64,000 bases of DNA from a virus. Made by a program: the position numbers and the translations under genes. Numbering within the stretch: position 1 is the first letter of the stretch; each line of letters opens with the position of its first letter. The notes under the pieces are model-generated. The model worked only from the letters and a program-made list of their open reading frames with translations. It was not told the DNA's origin and did not search any database. Shown here piece after piece: positions 44,772 through 54,400 of this stretch. The stretch lies in the IMG/VR virus record IMGVR_UViG_3300008963_000001, positions 32,001 to 96,000 of that record; one strand, written 5' to 3'.

Positions 44772-44774
44772 ATA
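44768..44774 (+). promoter_or_regulatory. Late promoter-like motif for the fibre operon
   Basis: ATAAATA followed by a structured leader of about 85 nt. Confidence 0.55.
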
Positions 44775-44863
44775 AAATTGTCTACAAGTGTGCCGCCTAC
44801 CAGTGGTGGACTTATGCGGATACCCACCGCGTAGACCTAGAACGTCACAACAAGGAGAAACAA

Positions 44864-45307
44864 ATGGGACGCCCGATACAAAAAAGAAAAATTGGCGCAG
44901 GTGAAGCCAAAATACAAGTAACATCAGCTTATTTTACAGGTGATGGATCTGCCACCACAGGTGGTACTGCTACTCCTCTTTATATTGAGAGACAAAGAAG
45001 CTCGCGGAGATTTAAAGTAACACAGGTAGGAACTGGCAAGACCGAAGTTCTACTTATGACGCCAAAAGCAACTCCAGCAGAAGGCGAATTCAGCATTCAA
45101 ATTACACTAGATAGTGTTGCAGATACAAATCTAGATGATTCGTCACTTTACTATGCATATCGTTTACACAATAGAACCGTTAGTTGTTGCCCTGACGATG
45201 ATGAGTCAAATATGATCCACCTTCCATATACATTACAAGACGGCGAAAATGATCAGGAACTGTTAGCTGACGGATTTATTTTAGCAAACATTGACACGCA
45301 GGCCTAA
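44864..45307 (+). CDS. Hypothetical virion protein (147 aa)
   Basis: AAGGAGA RBS. First gene of the fibre operon. Confidence 0.7.
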   Translation: MGRPIQKRKIGAGEAKIQVTSAYFTGDGSATTGGTATPLYIERQRSSRRFKVTQVGTGKTEVLLMTPKATPAEGEFSIQITLDSVADTNLDDSSLYYAYRLHNRTVSCCPDDDESNMIHLPYTLQDGENDQELLADGFILANIDTQA

Positions 45308-45313
45308 TTGTAA

Positions 45314-46285
45314 ATGAGCAAGGTTATTCAAACCAACGGTGACTTTTCGATAAAGACATCGGATGCAGGAAACATACTCCTCGACACTGGTCAAGGTGTC
45401 GGGGAGGTCCGCATCACTGGCAATTTGAATGTAGAAGGAGAAACTTTCACAGTTTCTGCAGAGAACTTAAACGTAGAAGACAACAGCATAGTTTTAAATT
45501 TTGGTGAAACAGGCGCTGGTGTAAGTTTACGTTATGCAGGAATCGAAATTGACAGAGGAAGTCTGCCTAATGCATCTATAATCTTTGATGAAAACGACGA
45601 TGTTTTTAATTTTGCAAAAGGATCAGCAGATACCGGAACGCTAGATTATGCCGACAGTAAAATAAGACTTAAAGAAATATTAACTAATAGCACTACTGAT
45701 GATGGAGATCTTATACTAATCGGAGAAGGCACAGGTGTAGTAAAAGTTTTAGGCACTAATAACTACGAAGATCAAGTTACACAAGACGACGATATTCCTA
45801 ATAAAAAATACGTTGACGATGCCATTAGAAATAATCCAACCTTCCAGATTATTGACGACGATACTCGTGTTATAGTAACAGATGTCGATGTAGCAGGATC
45901 TGAAGACTTTCTTTTGAATAATGTAGGCTACTCTACGTTTGGCGAGAGTGCTGTAAGTGTTGTGGTTAACGGCGGATTAACTGCTCAATTCTATAGAGAC
46001 TTTGTGCAGTTTCAAGACCTTGAATTTAATAAAAATGAAATTACAACCGCAGGAAATACAAACGACAATATCGTTGTGAGAACGCAGGGAACAGGTAAGC
46101 TGGAAACTAACTACGGACTACAGTTAGAAAAGTTAACACTGACGCCTGCGTTTGTTAATGGGTCTGTAATCTTACACGCAAAAGATCCAGACATCGGAGA
46201 CACTGGATTATATTTTTCAAACTCAAAAGAAACTGGAGAATTAGTAAACAAAAACAGGGCACTGCTTTTTAGTTTAATATTTTAG
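45314..46285 (+). CDS. Fibre-like structural protein (323 aa)
   Basis: 'GNLNVEGE...LNVEDNSIVLN...GIEIDRG' resembles the segment 'GNLTIN...LVIEDKVMVLA' of 795..2669. Ends in hydrophobic 'ALLFSLIF'. Confidence 0.65.
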   Translation: MSKVIQTNGDFSIKTSDAGNILLDTGQGVGEVRITGNLNVEGETFTVSAENLNVEDNSIVLNFGETGAGVSLRYAGIEIDRGSLPNASIIFDENDDVFNFAKGSADTGTLDYADSKIRLKEILTNSTTDDGDLILIGEGTGVVKVLGTNNYEDQVTQDDDIPNKKYVDDAIRNNPTFQIIDDDTRVIVTDVDVAGSEDFLLNNVGYSTFGESAVSVVVNGGLTAQFYRDFVQFQDLEFNKNEITTAGNTNDNIVVRTQGTGKLETNYGLQLEKLTLTPAFVNGSVILHAKDPDIGDTGLYFSNSKETGELVNKNRALLFSLIF

Positions 46286-46293
46286 GATAGATT

Positions 46294-46674
46294 ATGATAT
46301 ACAATAAATTGGTAACATCAACATCAACATCGGTTCCCGAACTTGTTTATACCAGCACAAATACCGGTGATACTGTTGCTAACGGAGCAACAGAACAGGA
46401 AAATGCCATAACAACGATGGTGCTGTGTAATACAGGCACGCCCGATATCACAGATGAAAGCGTCAACAGTGTAACTGTAAGCATTCACATTGTCAAAAAA
46501 GGTGATGCATATGGAGCCGAAAATAAAATTGTAAGCAATTTAATTGTTCCTGCAGGGGAAAGTGTGTTCTTTAGCGACGAAAAAATTATACTAGACGGCG
46601 GCGACGAAATTTATGTAGGAACCAGCACTGCAAGTTTAATCAGTGTTATGGTAAGTTCGTTCAAGGTTAACTAA
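46294..46674 (+). CDS. Small beta-sandwich structural protein (126 aa), paralog of 50657..50989
   Basis: Shared pattern: 'VLCNT...VSIHIV...LIVPAGES...EKIILDGGDEI' versus 'INLANT...VNVFVI...IPIPPATS...EKLILPETAGL'. Confidence 0.7.
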   Translation: MIYNKLVTSTSTSVPELVYTSTNTGDTVANGATEQENAITTMVLCNTGTPDITDESVNSVTVSIHIVKKGDAYGAENKIVSNLIVPAGESVFFSDEKIILDGGDEIYVGTSTASLISVMVSSFKVN

Positions 46675-46675
46675 T

Positions 46676-47203
46676 ATGAAGTTTTTAAAAAGCCAAAACA
46701 CATCTAGATATAGCCCGTCAGACAACACTTTTTTTGCAAACCCATATGGACGAGTGGTTATAGATGCAAACGGCGGTTTACTTATACCTAAAGGAACAGA
46801 AGCACAACGCCCTGATCTGGTGGGGGTAAGACAGCCCGAAGATGCAAACGGAACTATTCGATACAATACAGATACTAATGAAATCGAAGGGTATGTAGGC
46901 GGCGCATGGGAAACCATACGAGCACCGGGTGCTAGCACTATATCGATAGAAACATTTGGACCCGGCGATGCCGACGAAACTGTGTTTGGTCCGTTAGCTA
47001 ATGTGCCATCTAGTGCAAACAACATAATTGTGTTGGTAGAAAATGTAATGCAGATTCCTACTACCAACTTTACTCTAGAACAGAGTGTAGGCGGAAGTCT
47101 TACGGGACCTAATGCACCATATGCAGACGGCTGGTATCTAAAATTTACATCCCCTGTTCCTTTCAGTAAAAACGTGACGGTGTTTTTTGGATTCGCTAAC
47201 TAA
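46676..47203 (+). CDS. Structural protein (175 aa)
   Basis: 'IPKGTEAQRP...GTIRYNTDTNEIEGY.G.W' motif is shared with the C-termini of 47203..49485 and 49601..50653. Confidence 0.7.
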   Translation: MKFLKSQNTSRYSPSDNTFFANPYGRVVIDANGGLLIPKGTEAQRPDLVGVRQPEDANGTIRYNTDTNEIEGYVGGAWETIRAPGASTISIETFGPGDADETVFGPLANVPSSANNIIVLVENVMQIPTTNFTLEQSVGGSLTGPNAPYADGWYLKFTSPVPFSKNVTVFFGFAN

Positions 47204-49485
47204 TGGCACAGCAACTTGGTAGAATTGGAGGGCATCTACTTAATCCAAACCTTGTAAGAGAGGGGGTAGACCTTGCCTTTAAAAATACCTCGTTTGATTC
47301 CGAACCTATATTATTTTTAGATGTCGAAAATGGACGTGTGGGCATAAAAACTGACAGTCCCGTATATGACTTAGATATTCGTACCGACATAAGCACTACT
47401 AATTTTGGCGCAACTGATCAAATGGAAATTGATCAAGTATATATCAATGCCGATGGTTTTTTTACAACAGGCACAGGTCCTTTACAGATCACCCCAAGCG
47501 GACCTGATCCTATAATTGTACTAGAGCGCCTTATCAGTGACAATATACAAATCACAGACAACAAAATTTCTACATTTGATAATTCGTCTGTAGAGTTTGA
47601 CCCTAACGGTACAGGAACAATAGAACTACAAGCAGATGTCAATTTAGTAGGCAATATTTCTACAACAGAAAACATAAACATTAACGGTGATCTTTCTACA
47701 GCCTCTAACATTATAATTGGTGATAGTCCACTAGACACCGTTACTATTACACCAGAATTAGAGCAAGGACTAACCACCGGTTCTGATTTACAATTTAACT
47801 TAGGATCATCTTCGCGTCGCTGGGCAGAAATGTATTCTCCCGATATGACTAATATTGCTAATGTAAGACCAGAGGCAGCCCGCGTAAGTTCTCAAATGTT
47901 GATCGATGGTGTTAACAATGAAATTAATACGCTACAATCAAACGATAGTATAGATTTAATAACTGGTTTTCAAAATTTTGTAGTAGATGAAATTGTTAAT
48001 CCTAATATTTTCGGAACAGAAGAAAACGATAATTTTGGGAGATCAGTAGACACAGTAGAACAATACTCTATAATCGGAGCGCCGAGCGAGGACGACGGTC
48101 TAGGTTTGTCTAGCGGAGCAGCTTACATTTTTGATAATTTTGAAAAAAGAATAAAACATAAGATTTCTAATCCTAATGCCGAACGAACATCTAATTTAGA
48201 TCGATTCGGATCGTGTGTAGCTATTAATAGCACCATATGTATTGTTGGCGCCCCTTTTGAAGATAGCCAAAACGGCACTGGAAGTTTTGACGAAGGAAAA
48301 GCTTATATTTTTGATAATTTTAGCGGAGAATTACTTTTTACACTTAATCAACCTACAACTATAGTAACAGATCCTCAGGATAATTTTGGTTTTGATGTTG
48401 CATTAAATGAATCATATATTATTGTTAGTGCTCCCAAATTTAACAAAGACGGAGTTAATAGCGGCGCTGTTTTTTTGTTTAATACAAGCGGCGATCTTCT
48501 ACATACATTTTTAAATCCAGACCACGATAATAATCCGTTAAACGATAGATTCGGAGAGTCTATAGCAATATCTAATCAATATGTAATAGTAGGATCGCCA
48601 AATGAAAATTCTAACGAAAGTAACAGCGGAAAGGTTTACATATTTGATTTAGAAACAAGATCTTTAATCCATTCTATATCTAACATAAATGCAATAGGCT
48701 CGGAACAAGATGATAAATTTGGATCCAGTGTAGCAATATCTGATGAATATTTTGTTGTGGGTTCTTACAATGAAGACAATTATTCTGGAAGGTGTTATGT
48801 GTTCGAAACAAAGAATGGTAATCTAATACACACTCTTTCAAATCCTTTAGGATCTTTTGGAGCATTTTTCGGGTTTGATGTAGATATCTCAAAAGATATA
48901 ATACTAGTTGGTGCGTATAAGCAGAATGATTCTTCTATTATAGATAACGGAAAAGCGTTTGTTTTTAATGCGCGCACAGGAAACCTATTATCGACAATTG
49001 ACAATCCAAATCCAGTAGGCTCTGGAGATGAAGATTTTTTTGGAAGGGCTGTTTCAATATTTGTAGGTAATAATACTACGAATAAATTTAACCAGTGTTT
49101 AATTGGTGCTGATCTAGCAGATAATCAACTACCAAATAGCGGCAAAACCTATCTCTTTACACAAAATAAATTTCCTTTGGAAATCGAGTCAACTACTTGG
49201 CTTAACAGCATCATAACAAACAATTTAAATACCCCCTTAACTCTAGCAAGCACCGGTATAGGATACACTAGGTTTATAGGATCAAACGGAATGATAATTC
49301 CTGCAGGAACAAATGCGCAACGCCCTGCCGTACCTGAAATCGGAGACACTAGATGGAACACAGATGAACAATACCTCGAGTGTTTCGATGGTAGTGTCTA
49401 TATTGTCTCTATCGGAGAAGGCGATCCTGTAACCGAAGCAGACATGGAAGATTTTGGAACAATCTACAGCCTCTTCCTAGGCTAA
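47203..49485 (+). CDS. Fibre protein with an inserted 7-bladed FG-GAP beta-propeller (760 aa)
   Basis: Seven 'D.FG..V.I......VGA......G.AY.F' repeats, flanked by sequence collinear with 49601..50653. Confidence 0.8.
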   Translation: MAQQLGRIGGHLLNPNLVREGVDLAFKNTSFDSEPILFLDVENGRVGIKTDSPVYDLDIRTDISTTNFGATDQMEIDQVYINADGFFTTGTGPLQITPSGPDPIIVLERLISDNIQITDNKISTFDNSSVEFDPNGTGTIELQADVNLVGNISTTENININGDLSTASNIIIGDSPLDTVTITPELEQGLTTGSDLQFNLGSSSRRWAEMYSPDMTNIANVRPEAARVSSQMLIDGVNNEINTLQSNDSIDLITGFQNFVVDEIVNPNIFGTEENDNFGRSVDTVEQYSIIGAPSEDDGLGLSSGAAYIFDNFEKRIKHKISNPNAERTSNLDRFGSCVAINSTICIVGAPFEDSQNGTGSFDEGKAYIFDNFSGELLFTLNQPTTIVTDPQDNFGFDVALNESYIIVSAPKFNKDGVNSGAVFLFNTSGDLLHTFLNPDHDNNPLNDRFGESIAISNQYVIVGSPNENSNESNSGKVYIFDLETRSLIHSISNINAIGSEQDDKFGSSVAISDEYFVVGSYNEDNYSGRCYVFETKNGNLIHTLSNPLGSFGAFFGFDVDISKDIILVGAYKQNDSSIIDNGKAFVFNARTGNLLSTIDNPNPVGSGDEDFFGRAVSIFVGNNTTNKFNQCLIGADLADNQLPNSGKTYLFTQNKFPLEIESTTWLNSIITNNLNTPLTLASTGIGYTRFIGSNGMIIPAGTNAQRPAVPEIGDTRWNTDEQYLECFDGSVYIVSIGEGDPVTEADMEDFGTIYSLFLG

Positions 49486-49499
49486 TTTTTCGATTAGAC

Positions 49500-49505
49500 T
49501 AAATA
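49500..49505 (+). promoter_or_regulatory. Late promoter-like motif
   Basis: TAAATA followed by a structured leader of about 95 nt. Confidence 0.5.
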
Positions 49506-49600
49506 CTATTGTCAGCAAAGACCAACGCTGACCTTTTACTGTGGTCAACCCGCAATGTAAGGTGGTTGGAGGGACAAGATCCCCGTGGTAAGGAGAGCGA

Positions 49601-50653
49601 ATGGCTATTGGTCGTATTAGTGGTCCGCTCTTAAAAGCAAATCTCGTCCGCGACGGGATTGATCTAGCTTTTGAGAACGATCTACTCTATCTTGATGTAA
49701 ACAATGCTCGCATTGGAATTAATAATTCCAGTCCAGCCACAGATTTGGATGTCATAGGCACAGCACGTGCAACAACAACCGTAGTAGACAACGAAGTCCA
49801 AGTAGGTAATCTTACTGTATTTGGCAACACAATACAGAGTGACTTAAACACTATAAGTTTTCAACCAAGCGGTGATGATCCTGCTGTTTATAATGCCAAA
49901 CTACAAGTAGATGATTTTCAGATACAAGGAAACAAAATTTCAACTTTTGTTTCTAATTCTAACATCGAAATAGAGCCAAACGGAACAGGAACTATCGAGT
50001 TTATCGGCAATACAAACATTACCGGTAACTTAGGTGTAACCGGATCTGTTACGGCAACAGGCAATATAACAATACTAGGCGATATTACTATCGGTGATGA
50101 AACTACCGACACGATCGAATTTAACGCCAGCATTCAAAGCGATATAATACCAGAAGAAGACAACACTTATAGCATAGGTAGTCCTACAGCAAGATGGTCT
50201 ACAATACATACTAACGATCTTTTTGCCGACTTTTTAAATTTACCAGAATTAGATATTGGAAATTTAGAATTTAGAGACACGTCGATAACTACTACCGTAA
50301 ACGATTCGATTTATATAGACGGTAACGGCGTAGGCGGAGTTCGTTTAGCTAATTTTGAGATAGTAGGAAACAAGATTACAAATGTTTCCAATAATGCAAT
50401 TACGCAAATTGCACAAACAGGAACGGGTTATTTTAAAATTGGTACAACTAATGGTTTTGTGCCGCCAAGAGGCGGAAACGAAACAAGACCTACAGCTTAT
50501 GCTGTTGTAGGTATGACAAGGTACAACACCGATTCAAATGCATTAGAAGTGTGGGATGGCAACGCATGGGCAAGTCCAGCAGGTGCGTCCGGTGCTGTGT
50601 CTGAAATTCAAGCAAACGACATTGCTGCAACATTTGCGCTAACCTTAGGATAA
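49601..50653 (+). CDS. Fibre-like structural protein (350 aa), propeller-less paralog of 47203..49485
   Basis: 'GRISGPLLKANLVRDGIDLAF' versus 'GRIGGHLLNPNLVREGVDLAF'. AAGGAGA RBS. Confidence 0.75.
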   Translation: MAIGRISGPLLKANLVRDGIDLAFENDLLYLDVNNARIGINNSSPATDLDVIGTARATTTVVDNEVQVGNLTVFGNTIQSDLNTISFQPSGDDPAVYNAKLQVDDFQIQGNKISTFVSNSNIEIEPNGTGTIEFIGNTNITGNLGVTGSVTATGNITILGDITIGDETTDTIEFNASIQSDIIPEEDNTYSIGSPTARWSTIHTNDLFADFLNLPELDIGNLEFRDTSITTTVNDSIYIDGNGVGGVRLANFEIVGNKITNVSNNAITQIAQTGTGYFKIGTTNGFVPPRGGNETRPTAYAVVGMTRYNTDSNALEVWDGNAWASPAGASGAVSEIQANDIAATFALTLG

Positions 50654-50656
50654 AAA

Positions 50657-50989
50657 ATGCCAACAATTTTTAGACAATCAGTAACAACAGGAATAGGAAC
50701 AACTCCGGTAGATGCTGTACAGATACAGCCTGGAGTTCGTGCAACAGTAGTAGGTATTAACCTTGCTAACACAACCGAAAATGATTTGGTTGTTGTCAAC
50801 GTTTTTGTTATAGACGAAAATTCAACACAAGGTAATTATGTGAAAGACATTCCTATTCCGCCTGCAACTAGTCTAAAAGCAATAACTCAAGGCGAAAAAC
50901 TAATTTTACCAGAAACAGCAGGTTTGCGGATTGTGTCTGACGTTGAAGATAGCATAGACGCAACTGTGAGCTACGTTGAAATTTCGTAA
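50657..50989 (+). CDS. Small beta-sandwich structural protein (110 aa)
   Basis: Paralog of 46294..46674. Follows a gene with a hydrophobic C-terminal helix. Confidence 0.7.
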   Translation: MPTIFRQSVTTGIGTTPVDAVQIQPGVRATVVGINLANTTENDLVVVNVFVIDENSTQGNYVKDIPIPPATSLKAITQGEKLILPETAGLRIVSDVEDSIDATVSYVEIS

Positions 50990-50998
50990 GGATATATC

Positions 50999-51418
50999 AT
51001 GGCTAATACATATTATTTAGGAAGAGATCCAGAACAGGTTCTAGGCGAAAGCACAAGATTCTTCTATGCTCTTCGTCGCAATGAAGACGGTGAACTATTC
51101 TTTCAACGGATAGACCTGTTAAAAGATCAAGATGTGGTAGATGTCAACAGAATAGGTGCTCCTGAAGATACTTTTGAAGACTTTGAGGAAGGAATCGACT
51201 TTTTTGAAGGCATCGACGATGACCATGTAAATCAATATCCCAATTTGATATATCCACAATACAGATGGGATGATAGATCAGTTTTTTACTATATAGATGA
51301 CGAAGGAAGATTTGTGCAACAGATCAACAGAGGATACGATTATCCGGAAGGGGTATCATCAGATGAGTCTGAGAATCCTGTATCCCAATCAACAAACGTA
51401 GGAGGCGCTTATGGCTGA
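50999..51418 (+). CDS. Hypothetical acidic virion protein (139 aa)
   Basis: AAGGA RBS; tightly packed in the operon. Confidence 0.65.
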   Translation: MANTYYLGRDPEQVLGESTRFFYALRRNEDGELFFQRIDLLKDQDVVDVNRIGAPEDTFEDFEEGIDFFEGIDDDHVNQYPNLIYPQYRWDDRSVFYYIDDEGRFVQQINRGYDYPEGVSSDESENPVSQSTNVGGAYG

Positions 51419-54400
51419 GTTTAAATTTAGCAGGCTTAGATATAAGTGGAAGGGAAACTGGAATACATCGATTGATTACAATCGCGATGATGTAATACAT
51501 TATAGAGGAAAAAGTTGGATTTGTATTCGACAACATACATCTACCGATTTTGCTGCAGATGTGAATTTTAAATTTCCAGGGGACACAAACACTTCGCCGG
51601 CTTGGTTGCTTATGGCAGAAGGATACGAGTGGAGGGGAGACTGGACAGCCACTACACTTTATCAGCCAGGAAATTTAGTCTTATTCGGAGGCACAATTTT
51701 TCTTTGTGTTATTTCGCACACCGGGACAGTTTTCGAAGATGATGAAACTAATTGGACTGTCTATTCTCAATCTGACAGATACAGAGGAAATTGGAATGAC
51801 AACACTACCTATGGACTTAGCGACGTTGTAAGAAATAATGGCATTGTTTATAGATGCATATCTACACATACTTCCCAAGCTACATTAGAAGACGATTTGA
51901 ATAAGTGGGAGGTAGTATACGATGGTATTGTATACAGGGGAGTATTTGAAGAAAATACCTATTATGTAACCAACGACTTGGTAAAATTTGGACCTACGAT
52001 TTTTAGATGCATTACTCCACATTCTTCTAATGCTAGTTTTGCAGATGAAAACTTTCAAATTGAGTTTTTTGGATCTACGCATGCAGATGATTGGCAATTA
52101 GATGTCGCATACGGTATAGGTGATATTGTTTTACATGGCGGTTATCTCTACATAGCCGTTCAAAATTCAGCAGGAGAAATTCCCGATAGCAACGAAGGAA
52201 TCACTAATCCGTCCTGGGCAGTCCTATCAGAATCTCAACGATATCAAGGTATATGGAATGTCGATACTGAATATAAAGCAGGCGATATAGTAACACGCGG
52301 AGGAATTGTATATAAAGCGAAAGTTAACTCTTTTGATGACGGTTCTACACAGGATTATCTCGCAGACGATTACTGGGAAGTTGTAATTCCTGGTAATAAT
52401 TGGCGTAATTTTTGGCATACTGAATCGCAATATTTTGTAGGTGATATCGTATCCTATGAAGGAAATGCTTATAGATGTAATTTTACTCATTTTTCTAGTA
52501 ATGAAAATTATCCCGGCGACAACGGAAATGGATTTGATTTCTGGAATTTAATTTTACAAGGTAGTGATAACACAGCACTTTCTAAAGAAGGCGATCTTTT
52601 GTCATTTGGTCTGTCAAGAAGCAGAACAGGAGACACCAGCACACTTGGCGCATCTCCTATTCCTATAGGAAATCCTGGCGAAATACTTACTGTAAGCACA
52701 AATGATGATTTTGAATATAAAAAAATAGGGCAGTCGGAAAGATTCTTTTATGTTACGCTTGATGGAATTGATGATGATCTTGACGCGGAAAGAGGAATAA
52801 GTCCATTTAAACCTTGGAGAACAGTTGAGTTTGCATGCGAACAAGCAAACGATAATTATCCAGGTCTTACCACAATTAATATTGGTCCAGGATTATACGA
52901 AGAAGTTTTACCGATAGTTGTGCCTAAGCGAACCGCTATTAAAGGAACAGAATTAAGAACAACAACAATAACGGTCAACTCTCCCATAGAAGATTTAGAT
53001 ATAACACAATTTGTTAGAAAACATCATTTATGCATTGATAGAATTTCAGATTTAATGGAATCTCTCCTAGTAGACAGAGATGTAGAAAAAACAGAAACAA
53101 ACCCAATAGATCCTGTTTATTCAGTGCAAAGAAATTTAACTTTCGACGGAACAGGAAATCCGGTAACTGATCAAGAAGGAAACTTAATCTTTGAAACAAT
53201 AGATCTTGCAAGTGACAGCGCAACTACAGATGATATAGTTGAATTACTAGCAGACATTAAGACTTATGTTAATTTTAACGGTCTAGGAACAGGATCTAAT
53301 GTAGTTGTAGACGGATCTAACAGTTCGGTAAACACAGAAGTAGTCAATAATGCTATTATTAATATAAATGACAATGTAAACTTTTTGATTCAAGAGGCGA
53401 TTGCATTTGTTGAGCTAACTAACATTTTTTCATCGCAGGAAATTTCATTACTTGAACAAACTATAAAAAGGTACCTTAACGCATTTACAAAAGATTTAAG
53501 ATCTCCTGGCAATTACCATACAGTCAAAGCGGCAAAATATCAAACGAATCTACTGATAGGATCGGCTGGAACTGACATGTTCTATGTAAGAGATTCTAGC
53601 GGAATCCGTAATCTTTCATTAGAAGGACTACGCGGTGACTTAAATCCAAGCGGTGTTTTTGAACTATTTCAAAGACCGACAGGCGGATCATATGTATCTC
53701 TAGATCCAGGTTGGGGTCCAAACCACGAAGATTGCTGGATTATGAATAGATCCTGCTATGTCCAAAATGTAACAACATTTGGTTATGGTGCAGTCGGTCA
53801 AAAAATAGACGGAGCTTTACATAATGGCGGCAACAAATCAATTGTATCGAATGATTTTACACAGGTAATTTCCGACGGTATTGGCGCATGGGTATTAAAT
53901 AACGGAAGGGCCGAGCTAGTATCTGTGTTTACATATTATGCACAGGTCGGATATTTAGCGGAAGACGGCGGTGTTATTCGTGCAACAAACGGAAACTGCT
54001 CGTATGGTAACTTTGGAGCATACGCAACAGGATTTGACGCAACAGAAGTATATTCAACAGGTTTTGTTAATAATCGCGCACAAGATGCAATTATCGACAA
54101 AGCGTTTGCCGGAGAAGTAAACGACGAAATACTTGCGTTAGAATATATTAACGCCGGAATTGGATATTCTCAAGCTCAAGCTAGTTTTCTCGGAGCTGGA
54201 GTAAACGTAGATGTTGAATACGATGATTTTAGAGATAACGCAATATTCAGATATGAAATTACCAATCCGTTAGACAGCGGAGTTCCCGGCGGCGGCGGAT
54301 ACACACAAAATCAAAATAACGCACAAACAGGCGATGAATTTACAATTACAATCGCATCAAGTGATGAAAGTTTAGAATCTGAATTACTAGGTTTACGTAT

